From Auanema rhodensis (taxonomy: Eukaryota; Animalia; Nematoda), in assembly GCA_964057225.1 (NCBI GenBank), contig OZ059897.1, forward strand, positions 6,014,001 through 6,078,000: a stretch of 64,000 nucleotides of DNA, read 5' to 3'. The position numbers and the translations under genes are program-made. Below are positions 52,087 to 64,000 of the stretch, in pieces. Each line of letters begins with the position of its first letter. Position 1 is the first letter of the stretch. The notes beneath the pieces are model-generated. The model was given only the letters and a program-made list of their open reading frames with translations. It searched no databases and was not told where the DNA came from.

Positions 52087-54553
52087 TTAACATCCAGGAC
52101 CATCGTTATACTCGTTGGATAATAAGCTCGTCGTATCCGAATTCTGTCGAGAATGAATTGGGGATCTAAAGTAAATTCATTAAAAACTAGTACGAAATAC
52201 TGTAATTACCTTCGGAAGTATTTGCTGGTTGGCGATATCGCTGATAATGATGAGTTACAAAGTAATGCCAATAACACTAAACATGCTCCTAACAAGAAAG
52301 GAGGACCCGGTATCAGTTGCCAATCAAAAGCAGGTTTATCCAACTTAAATATATCAAATCCAATCGACAAGTGAGATTAATCAACTAACCACACTAGTCT
52401 CGTTCCTTCTGGGAGAAAGTATCTTTTCTGTCAATGGAATAGGACGAATTCGGACAGGAGGAAACTGCGCCACACCTAGGTGACCTTCTTCGTCATCCAG
52501 GTTAACGTCAAAGAGATAGAATACGAATCCGAAAAGAGCAGGTCCAAATCCTGAAATGTATCATATCAAGGTTAATGTCAATTTTAAGGTGTTCTTACCC
52601 TGACAAAGTCCCCGGATTCCAGTTATAACTCCTTGTACAGTTCCTTGTTTGTCCTTATCAGACAAAATACTAACAAAAGCACTGATTGAAGGGTAGGTTA
52701 TACTGCTCATGGCTGCAAGAACTCCAGCAGTCCACATCATCCAATATCTGCAAAAATCTTATATGCATGCATATAATAGAAATAAGATTACCTTGTGCTT
52801 AATCCATACCAGGTTAGCTGAACCAATTGAAAAACAAGGCCGAGAGTAATGGTATGTTTTGTTCCAAAGTAATTTGTCAATAAAAGTAGCATTCCTACAT
52901 AATGAACAATAAAACAAAGATGAAATTAAAAATATCAACCTGTTTGTGCGAAAACTGAAAGAACTCCAACAAGCCCAATGAAAGCAGCAACAGCTTCGGG
53001 CGAAAATCCTACCATCTTAATAACAAAAAAAGATAAAATCAAACAAAAATATAAATCTTACCAGTTTCAAATAAACGAAGAAACAAGAAAATTGTCCTGC
53101 TTCTGGGAGATAAGAGAGAAAAACAATAAGAGCCAATTGCAAAATCTAATTATTAAATTATTAAATACAATCTCCTGCTCATATTCCTACCAATTTATCT
53201 TCCCATACAATTTTTAATGAAGCGAAAGGATCAGCAGTTTGCCAATTAAAAACTTCCACAGTTTTTTTGGCTGGAAGAGATTCCGGAACGAAGAGAACAA
53301 GAAAGAGCACATCGAGCAGTGATACAACCGTTGCCTGTAATAACTATTGAAATTTCTCGTCAAGGGATATATAAAAGAATTTTTTTCATTTCAATTCGCA
53401 GTAGCATTTTCATTAAATGTATGGATTCTTTTTTCATGAATTTCATTATATCGTAAGCTTATGCAAAGAGTGTTGGAATGCCCTCTAGGTTCTGCTTCAG
53501 ATGACATCCAATGAACCTAATTTTAATACCACGCACCAAGAAAACAACGGTTCCATCTCCATATGTTTCAGAAATATAAGCTCCAAGAGCGGGAGATGTA
53601 ACTAGGGAAGCAGCGAAAGTAGCAGAAACTACACCATATGCTGCTGAACGATCCTACAGAAAAAAAACATTTTATTAACAGTAGCGTTGATGAAGAGAAA
53701 CCTGTTTCTCAGTAATATCCGCAACATAAGCTAAGACTACGCTGAATGTGACAGAGAACAACCCGCTGATACTAAAAAGAGAAAAGTACCACCTAAAAAG
53801 TAAAATTAAGTTTATTAAAAGAAAAAAATACTAACCATGGGCTAATCTTCAAACAGGGTATAGGCATGCAGGTGAATAATACTGTGACTATCAGAAAAAT
53901 TTTTCTTCCCCATACATCAGAGAGAGCACCAACAAGAGGGGCACTCAGAAAAGACAATATACCCTAACACAGAAAGATTGAACTGATTTTAAAGTACTGA
54001 AATACCTTAATTCCCAAAACTAAACCATTCATTAAAAACTTATTAGCTGGGAAAGTTTCAGCAAGAACCTAACAAAATATGTATAAAGATAAAGTTAATA
54101 TAACTACTTACATTTATAATAGGGACAGTGAGCAAGCCCCAGGCAAAATATTCCAAGAAAATAACTACTAATGCATGAAATACCATTGCTTGCTACATAA
54201 CAAAGTACTTTTATAATCTGTGCTGTGTTGTATACTTACACTTTTTTTTCCGGCTCTTCCATCTTTTTCTTTCTGTTTTCCAAAAATTAAAGACATCAAT
54301 GATCTGCTTTTCCGTAACATTTTGGTCTGAAGATTAAAATCATCAAGGTATCAAAACTCAGAAAAACTGGAAAATATAGTTTAAAACACATACTTCTAAA
54401 CGATTAATCAAAACTCGAGTACTGGGGGAAAGTCCGTCAGCAGAATTAACTAAAACCTTTGAAAAAAACTGTTAAAATAATCAAAGAAAAGAGCATAAAT
54501 ACTTTCGGGACTCTTGAATCGATTGTTGCAGCTGTAGGGGTGACAGATCTCAT
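52087..54553 (-). CDS. MFSD14A: MFSD14/HIAT1 (hippocampus abundant transcript 1)-like MFS transporter
   Basis: HALVVIFLEYFAWGLLTVP, NKFLMNGL, GILSFLSAPLVGALSDVWGRK, FSVVLAYVADIT, ATFAASLVTSPALG, LSYLPEAGQFSCFFVYL, GPPFLLG. Two short in-frame exons (MRSVTP...VPK|VLVNSADG...RLE|TK) precede the M at 54320, so the true start may be 54553, 54320 or further upstream. Confidence 0.9.
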
Positions 54554-55170
54554 CGCAAAGCAACCGTCATCCCGCGCTATCTTGGATTGTTCTGTCGAAA
54601 AATGTTCCGACCGATATAGCCAGGCAGAGATCGATCTGAACAAAATGGAAGAACATATTAGTTATCGAAATGAACATTTCCGTTTTAGAAAAACATTAAA
54701 AAAGCTGATCCATCAGCAAGAGCTAAGGATATGACAACATTCCAAAGGTGTGACACCGTAAATGAATAAACATCTATGAAGCAAATACGTGAACAATAAT
54801 TTGTCTGATATTTCAATAATAGACACAGTAATAATAACACTGCAAGCAGTATCGATAAGGCTGACAAAAAAAAATTAAAAAATGAAAAACAAACGAACAA
54901 AAGAAATTTTCATGCATGCATACTTGCAGTTTACAACAGTGTCGGATACGCAAAAAGTCCGAACGGTCAATTGCGTCAATTTTCGTAATAAATTAAGTTT
55001 GTGAAGAGAATTAAGCAAAAACATCAAAGTTGCTTATAAGCCTTGAATAGTATCAGTACTATGATCGATATAGTAGTAAATACAGCCGCCATTAACCCGA
55101 ATTTTAAAAAATATTTCAATTCTCAATATAGTTTTAATATAAAATTGATTGTTTCAGTTTGTTACTAGTT

Positions 55171-55885
<715 letters not shown>

Positions 55886-56002
55886 AAACAAACAAAACTA
55901 TGTAGATATAATATTTATGAATAAATTTAAAAAAACACTTAGTAGATTAAGTAATATAAAAAACCATACTACATTTAAAAAATATCCCGCGCTTCTGAAA
56001 TT

Positions 56003-58126
56003 TCAAAACTGGTCTGGAATGGTATTAAAACAAATTTCTGGTAAAACAACCCAGTAATATTCCGTTTTTTTGAACAATCCTGAAAAAAAAAACACAGTAT
56101 ACAATCACAGAAGAACAAGGACGAACCTAATAAAGCTTCAAATTTACCAGATTCATTAGACGCGGCAATGTTCAAACTATCCAAAGCATTAGATACACTA
56201 AATGTGAAAATATGTAAAAAAGAATAGCATTATTATAATATACTCATCGACTTCGGGGGGATATCGAGAATCCTGATCTCCGATTCTATCGGTTTCATTG
56301 AATTCCGAAGTAGTATGACTTCTATAATCACAAATTTTGAAACAAAAAAACTAAAGACATACCCTACTGTTGAACCAACATTACCGGAACACAAGACGTA
56401 AGTTCCAGGATTATAAAACGCTTGAATTCCTAGCATATCAAATTGGTTCATATATTCAAACAATATATGGCTAAAGTAAGATGCATATTCCAAAATTAAA
56501 ACTTTAAAGATCCTACAGTCTAGAGGCAGCATAAGCTAATGGGCATAGCATATTTGGAGCAGTAGGATCTCTAGCCAGTTCAGCATGGGAATCACAATAT
56601 GAATCAACATCAAAATACAATTCTGTCTAAAAGGAATCACCTGGGTTACTTTCAATTTTAAAATTTTTGCATAACAACCTCTAAAAGATTAGCGAAAATT
56701 TCAGCGCTCATATAATTTCGAATTACTGTATTATCGGGCTCTTCCTCATTTATTTTTAAAATCGTATCAGCTAGAGCTTGAATAGAAAATAAATCTAGAA
56801 TACAAGTAATAACTTCAACTATTTTCGTTTAAAATAGATCTTACTGTTATCGAAAGTCTCTTGTGCTACAGCAATAGGATATGACAAAGCTCTCAAACAA
56901 GATTTCTATAGAACATAAAACTTGCAATAAAATATGAAACAATCCACAAACCACTAATTCTTCATCTTGTTCATCATACACAACAATAGAATGTTTATGC
57001 ACAATTTCATGATATTTGTTCCAAGCTTCTTTGACATCCATTCCATTTTCTGGATTCAGTTTGTACTTGTATGCTAAACCGGAAAAAGTTTAAAAAAACG
57101 TATCAATAACACAAACTCACAGGCCTCTTTCATCTTATCTCTCATTTGCTGCTTCATATTAAAATTTGCATTCATAAACGATTGGGGAGAAAAAGAAACT
57201 ATTAAACTTTTTTTAGATAAAACTCCTAAAATATATATTCAAAAAAGTAAAGTTGAACAAGTCCTAGTGCATGCCCTGTTCAAAGTTAAAACTAATTATA
57301 GCTAATTCACAAGGATATGTATAATACAGTCCACGATCACTTAATATCGAACATGTTGGAATAATGGACACATAATGAAACTCTGTGGAGAGACATAATT
57401 CTAAAAATATTAATAAAAAGGATGAAGAGAGTTAAGAAGTTACTTTTAGGAGCTGATAAACATCGACGATACTTTAGTATGTCATACAATAAACGCCGTT
57501 TATTCACAATTAAATTTTGTACAGTCGTTGGTGTCGGAAGATCCTGCACATTTTGTATATTGGGAAAATTTATAGATTTGAGTGATGTATTAATATTTGA
57601 TTCAGAATAAGACTGACGATTACACTGAAAAACATAAAATAAGATATTCAAAAAATATATATTACATACTACACGATTTAGATCTTTAGTAGCTTTTTTA
57701 GAGAAGTTTGAAGAAGTACTAGGTTGGGGCCTATTAGCAACAGGCGTTCCCTGAGAGTTTGATATTGTAGCTGGAAGAGATTTTCCGCACTTTTTATAGT
57801 ACGCTTCCTTTTTTGACGGAGGAATGCTCTAAAGCAAAATTAAGAATGCTGCATATTTGAACTTTAATAAACTTGAGTAGGGAAAATGAATTTTAGAGTT
57901 AGCGAATTGTTCACTCACCATCCAAATTTCAGTAATAAGCTTGTTATGTCTTTCAGAAGAATCAAAGTATTCTCCATATTTCTCAAGAAATTTTGTACTA
58001 CCTTCTTCACAAAACCACAAATAGTAAGGCTGCTGCTTACCTCTAAAATGGAAACAGGCTCAGTATGCATTATGTTCAAACTTACTTTGGTTTATTATTA
58101 TGTTGATTGCGATCTTGTTTCCTCAT
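56003..58126 (-). CDS. MAEL: Maelstrom-family protein (N-terminal HMG-box-like + MAEL domain), MAEL/RDE-10-like, roughly 500 aa, ~14 exons
   Basis: HMG-like KPKGKQQPYYLWFCEE...LITEIWM|SIPPSKKEAYYKKC. MAEL domain: EFHYVSIIPTC...YPCELAIISFNFEQG, VVYDEQDEELV|KSCLRAL, YCDSH...LCPLAYAASRL with the E-C-H-C Zn motif. The model needs one GC-AG intron (57226-57274). The stop is 56003 if the last 47-nt intron is spliced, otherwise 55975. Confidence 0.8.
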
Positions 58127-59586
58127 GTTATGCGTTTTTGCTACAATGAACCATCGTCATTACAAAACCGATAGAATCTTAAAGCGTTCAGATGAACCTA
58201 CAAACTTTAACAATGGTGGAATGTTCCAAATTCTCAACAGAGCATGCTTTCATAAAAATGTCTAACAGTGAATAAGCTTTAACCGTTTTCATGTATACTG
58301 TTCAGAATGCTGACATATGTTTATTGAATAAATGTTCCAAAGAAAATTCATTGATTGGCAGAGGATATCATTCACTTGATCCAGTTGAACAGGACATGAT
58401 CGATGGATAGATTTGGCTAGTTGTCTGCGCAGGTTGCAACCATCTCTTCCAGCCTGTCATGGCTTCTACAATCACATTGTCCAAATTGAATTAAACGGCA
58501 AAGAGTCTAGGATTATTCCATATCTAAACCTATTTGGCATAGAAAGGATTCTATGAATTCTATTTCAATCAATTTGATTGTCTTTTTCGACATGGATCAT
58601 CATCCAATTGACTTGCCATTTTGTCAACGTTGTTCATCCCGCTTTTCATCATCCGGTTTTCCGTGATCCTCATCTGTCAAAATTCAATGTTAGATTTTCA
58701 CCGGGCGATTCCATTATTTCCTCTCATTCTTCACTTTTACCTCTCGCATATTCTTTCCTCTGGAAGATTCTGTTATTGCACACGACGTCACGTGCCTTCA
58801 TCATTTTTCCATGTGTGGTTGTCGGTCAAGAATATAACCACGGTTGACATTGACTACTTGCCACCCATAGACTGAATTATTCTTGATAGTCTGTCAAGAG
58901 TGGTAATTATGCTCTTATAGGAAATAAATCGTTGCAAAAGAAGAACTGGACTCCACGGTCACCGACATCATCGACCAAACAATACCCGGCTTCACCTTTG
59001 TCTGTTCTATACGAGGAATACACTCTTTTCTTGTCTTCTTGCTAAGCATCTCCTCTTTTCATCTCTACTCACCCAAAAAAATTATGCTTCATTTTCGCTG
59101 TTTTCGTTCCAATGATGTTTCGTGCTCTGGGTGCCTGTGACAGTCGTTGTAATGCCTATATTGGTGATGGGTCGCCACGGTTGTGACGACAACCCCGAGA
59201 ACCTTCCAAACTACTTGGAACTGATGTGGTCCATTTTCGCATTAACTTCTTCGAACTTTCGGAAACAAGTAGGATTGCAGCGAATGACTTCAATACTTTT
59301 GCTCAACCAGCCTTCTCTTAAAACTGATTGATATAAGAATTAGTAAATTCCTAATAGGAGTCACTGCGACCGGCTGTACTGTGTAACATGACGTAGTTAC
59401 ACACCCACACTTTCAAATCCAATTTGGGCGTCTTGAGTTTTCTGTCAACATTATTTGTTTCATTTATTTCTCTTTATTCAATAATATTTGTTTTATAAAA
59501 GTTATACATGCAAGTGTAATTCAATCGTTTATGATTGCTTTGTTTATGATTTTTCTGGTTATTGCTAACAACAATTTATGTTGCAG

Positions 59587-61382
59587 ATGAGATGGCTTCT
59601 AGGAATTTTAGCTCTAATCCACATTGTACACAGTGAACTTGATTGTGATATATTAGACCCTGAGTGCAGAGCCAGATATAGGTGTGTTTTTCACGAAATG
59701 CTTCTAGTACATCTAATTATTCCTTTCCTTTTTAAAGAAATGGTGGACACCGCACAGATATAAAGCGGAAAATTAATTCAAGATGTAATTATCAAGATAT
59801 TTGGCTAATTCCAGGAAGAGCTGATGGTAGTTGTAGTAAGTTTCTTGTTTGTATTTGATTATTAGTTGTTTAATCGAACAAATATCATTATACCAAGCAC
59901 GTGTATCAGTAAGGAATATCTTCCACTTGAAGACCTGTTTTAGTTATTCATGATTTCTTGAGTTTGCTGATTAAGAAAAAGCATGGAGAGATAATGATAA
60001 AGCATAGTAAGATTAGGCATATATCTATCGACGGCGCAGCGGCTATGAGATAAAAAGAAAACGCGAGTATTCGACGAATAAACCATCAAATAGTGATTCA
60101 TTCAATAATATTATAGGAAAACACAAATTTTTAATTTTATAGTTTTTGTCAATCTTTCCATTTTCTAAAAAATATATATACATTGAATTTATGTTCACTC
60201 CAATCTTTTATACGTTCTGAAAGTCATTTATAATTTCAGCTAGACCGGGTGCTAAGCGGGTACTAGAAATCAATCCTGGTCAGGTACATATAAAACCGGA
60301 CGTGGTCCGTTTCCCTGGCTGTTTCACCCTCGAGATAAAAAATCTAAAGGTGAGTTGTCGCTGATCCAGTTCGTAGTCGTTAATCACCGTATGATCTTCA
60401 TCTATTTTAGGTAAAAGATGATCAAGATGCGTTAGACAATTCTTTCTTCGCAAAAGCCGAATATCAATGGTGGAATGTGAAAGATTTCTCGAACTTAAAA
60501 TGTCAAAATGCCACGAATAACGGATGTGGTGGTTATGGAAATAATTGGTATGTAGCCAGAAATTGTACAGCAGTTAAGGTTATATATATACACATATTTA
60601 AGTTATTATTGTGATGTTTGCGAATCTCTGACAGCCATTGACAGTTCGCATGAGAATCCAGATACTATTGCTTCGCAGCTTAAAGGGATTAACTGTCCTA
60701 AACGACCTGGATATTACACTTTCAGAAAGGTATTAGTAATGGAAAATTATATTCATGGAATGCATAGACCGAATATAAAATGAAATACCTGTTTAGGAGT
60801 TCTGTTTTAATGATTGGTCAGCTTTCGATGCTGATGGTGATTGTGAAATGGATTTCCTTCAGGGAGATAGAGGAGATTACAAAGGTGCTCTTTCGAGCTT
60901 ACAGCAAGTTGGATATGTGAGAAACCTATATACACGCCTTGGTGAAAAGATTTATTTAGGGATCTGTCATCGCAAAAATAAGACTTGCATTTAATGCAAC
61001 AGGTGGAATCGCCCGTAAAAGACAACTCAAAGAGTTCCAAATTGAGGAATCAGTAGCTAAGTAAGTATTTAGAATGTGAAAATATTATAAAAATATGATA
61101 CATTATTTAGGGAATTGGAAGAAAGAAGACGAACTTGGGACGTTAACAACGGGCAATTTGATAAGTTCAGCCAATGGTACACGGAGTATCGAAAAAACAT
61201 ATGGCATAGGTAGGAAAGCAACAATGATAAAGAATACAAATATTACTTTCAGAGATGATTATCTACCCTGGTTGTTGTATGAAAATGAAATTTCCTGCTT
61301 GAAACTCACTTTTGATGTTTGTGAAAAGCCACCGAGACGAATTAACTTTGGAGGAAGGACGAGATATACGTGCGAAAATTAG
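59587..61382 (+). CDS. Secreted cysteine-rich nematode protein, possibly GM2-activator/ML-like lipid-binding fold
   Basis: Signal peptide MRWLLGILALIHIVHS directly after an acceptor. Phase-consistent exons include PDVVRFPGCFTL, KCQNATNNGCGGYGNNC|YYCDVC, NCPKRPGYY and EISCLKLTF. The gene is well supported; the fold assignment is tentative. Confidence 0.75.
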
Positions 61383-61427
61383 CATTAATGTTCAACCCAA
61401 GCTTCCGACCATCGATGGAGATTGATC

Positions 61428-62173
61428 TCACCTATTGTTAGGCACTACCAGAGCACCCTTAATTCTCATTTGTGAAATTTTTACTCTGAAAATCCTTACA
61501 TGTTTCATGATAAAATTAGCTTGTTCTTTTGCCGATTGCTTCCTTTTTAAACTTCTTTCCCGTTGCTGTCTTTGGGAGTCTTTTTTCTTAACCAAATTGT
61601 AAATTGTATGAAAAAATATAAATTTCAAACCTGTACTAATTTCAAATGGGCTTCTTTGCCGCGTAAAATTGCAACTTCAGCATCAGTTCTAGTCATTGGA
61701 CGTTGTCTCCCCTAATCAAAAATATTACGTGAAAAATACAAGTGCTAGAAACATACTCTCTGCGAGGTTGGCCATTCATCCAAACTCGACTTAGACTTTG
61801 ATATAGTAGTTGATCTATTTGATATACTAGACAATGGAGCAGATCGGGAAGAAGATTTTCTAATTGATTCTACCAAAGTTTCTACTTTATTATTAATAGC
61901 CTTTTCTAAGCCAGATCTATTAAAGAAACTTCATAATATTATAATGATACCATAACCTTACCTTACTCCTTTTTCCAAAATACTTTTTTTCTTTTGCATC
62001 TCAGAAGTCTGTTTTCTAATGAATGCATCGGACTGAATTCGAACCTAAAGAATAAAGCAGGTATTCCAGCGAAATACTTTATAACCAACCTGATGTTGTC
62101 TAGCGATTTTTCGTCGTTCTCGTTCTTCATGTATCAAACGTTTTTTATCTTCTTCAGATAGATGTATACGCAT
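61428..62173 (-). CDS. Short (~190 aa) coiled-coil protein resembling the CEP295/Ana1 (SAS-7-type) N-terminal domain
   Basis: MRIHLSEEDKKRLIHEERERRKIARQHQ|VRIQS... and AEVAILRGKEAHLKL, over five phase-consistent exons. The 3' end is uncertain. Confidence 0.62.
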
Positions 62174-62823
62174 TAGTGAGTATTATCAGTAAACAAAATA
62201 GTTTAAAATTAGTAGAAATATTAAATACAAGCTTAGAAGCAATTAACCACGCTAATGTGTAATTATAATAATGTGTTTGAAAAATAGAGTTTCCCTCGCT
62301 TGCACGCTGTTTACGAATAAATAATCGTTGCGAAAAATTCATGAATTTTCAAGAACTAGTACTGTATGCCTCATGGAATTATATATATATATATATATAT
62401 ATTACAATAAATAAAAGTTTATTAAAATAAATTTTTGTTCATATAGGATTTAGAAAATACAAATACTTTGTTTGTATGATTAATACAATTTTTGTTAATT
62501 TTTAGTTTGTCTAATTCAAACTACCGACTAATAGTTTTTATTTATTCATTCCATGATAAAAAATGAAAGAATTTAATGTTCATGATTGTTTGTGAATATT
62601 TCATGATGATTCTCATAACCTGTAAGTAATACAGGAATATATTTCAGATTTTTTCATATGTGTTTTGATTTATTCACCATTTACCATTTGTGCTTCAGCG
62701 ATTCGTTCAGAATCATTCGGTGGCTTCATTTCTTTTGAGTTGAATAAGTTGTCATTAATAAAGGCTTTATTATACGTGGAATCGCGTGATTCACCCGTTA
62801 TGGGCGTTTTCATGGCTTCATGT

Positions 62824-63930
62824 CTAATAACCGGGTGGGGTACGAGGGATTGGGCAATGTTCGCAGGATCCTGGCTCTCCAGTTGGTCCACGTGGTCCTT
62901 CTTGTCCTTGTGGGCCTGGAGCTCCTTGTGGTCCTGGTCTTCCAGCATCTCCTTGAGGTCCGATTGGTCCCTCTTGGCTTCCTCCGTCAAGTCCAGCTTC
63001 TCCGCGTGGTCCTGGTGGTCCACGTGGTCCTGGTCTTCCGGCAGGTCCAGCTGGTCCGTTAACCTGAAGCAATATTATTTTATATTTTGTAGAAAATATT
63101 AAATCCTACTTGGATAACTCTTCCTGGAGCTCCACGTGGCCCGCTAACACCTTGTCTTCCTGGCATTCCCATGGTTCCTGGTGGTCCTTGCATTCCATTT
63201 TCTCCGTTCTTTCCGTCTCTTCCAGCTTCTCCGGCAGCTCCTTTAGGTCCCTAGAATCACAAAAATGAAGTTTGCAGTTTTAGTTACATTAAAAGCTCAC
63301 TTGTGGTCCCTTAGCTCCTCCCATTCCTTGTGGTCCTGGTGGTCCAGGTGGGCAGATGATGCATGGTTCGTTTTGGATGGCGGATTCAAGAAGGCTTCCG
63401 TCTCTTCCGCTGCTTCCGTCATTTCCGGGAAGACCATCTCTTCCGTCATCTCCGTTGTCTCCTGGTGGTCCTGGTGGTCCAGCTGGTCCTTGTTGGCATC
63501 CGCAGCAAGTTGGAGCAGCATCACTGTTAGCGACTGGAGCAACTCCGTATCCTATAGACAAATAATATTTACAAAGGTATTCAGAAAAGTAAGGGCACCT
63601 CCAGCTCCTCCATTAGATGGGTAAGCAGCTGGCTGTGGAGAGCTTCCATACTGTCTCTTAGCACGCTGGAAGGATGGAGCATCGATGTGATGGATTTCTG
63701 CCCACATATCACGAGCTCTGGTCTGAACAATACGATAATTAGATTCCATTTTCAGAAAGTTGATTCTGTACCTTGCAGAAATCAGTCTCAATGATGAGAT
63801 GGGACTGGAAGTTAGCTACATAGCTATAGAGCATGGGCAAAGTGACGACGGCAGCGATGACAGCTACAGTACTGACGACAATGGCGAAAAAGGCCACTCG
63901 ACGAAGCTCACGGTGCTCCGACGTCTCCAT
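62824..63930 (-). CDS. sqt-2: Nematode cuticle collagen, SQT-2-like
   Basis: Col_cuticle_N region with TM segment ([15 protein letters not shown]...), furin site RAKR, CCGC cluster, Gly-X-Y blocks, C-terminal [13 protein letters not shown]. Collagen identity is certain; the sqt-2 orthology is from memory. Confidence 0.9.
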
Positions 63931-64000
63931 CTTAAGAAGAGGATATTAGAAAAGACAGTATGGTAAAAGTTAAAATAAACAAGGGTTTAATAAGAAGAAA

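Noticed and set aside
55975-56300. RRM-like C-terminal domain on the MAEL protein (IRILDIPP..., NITGLFYQKFVL in the ORF track)
   Set aside because: Splice-phase analysis puts these exons in other frames (SRYPPEVD; GLFKKTEYYW).
62665-63624. Overlapping ORFs on both strands across the collagen
   Set aside because: Alternate-frame and antisense shadows of Gly-X-Y codon periodicity.

Overview
AT-rich (roughly 30% GC by eye) eukaryotic DNA from a rhabditid (clade V-like) nematode, judged from ~45-50 nt GT-AG introns, TTTTCAG/TTCCAG acceptors just before start codons, an operon-like junction and a cuticle collagen. The ORF track is mostly noise because the genes are spliced, so gene models below were assembled by hand. 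Left ~45 kb (gene-sparse): 5' end of an ionotropic glutamate receptor (-), 17 kb of enhancer-like DNA, two tandem Cip/Kip CDK inhibitors (cki-1-like, cki-2-like), a calexcitin (-) and two tandem SLC22/OCT-like transporters. Right ~19 kb (gene-dense): MFSD14/HIAT1, NOL6 and snurportin-1 in a probable operon (-), LZIC (+), an HMG-box + MAEL-domain Maelstrom/RDE-10-like gene with intact ECHC motif (-), a secreted Cys-rich protein (+), a short CEP295/Ana1-N-terminus-like gene (-) and an sqt-2-like collagen (-). Most notable: the HMG-Maelstrom gene, a dispersed bipartite AACCG-(~40 nt)-clustered ACGTG element in long introns, an E2F-site-rich cki-1 upstream region, an intron shared by both CKIs inside the PIP box, a 210-nt foldback upstream of cki-2, and the mini CEP295-like protein. 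All homology calls rest on remembered family motifs; no search was run.
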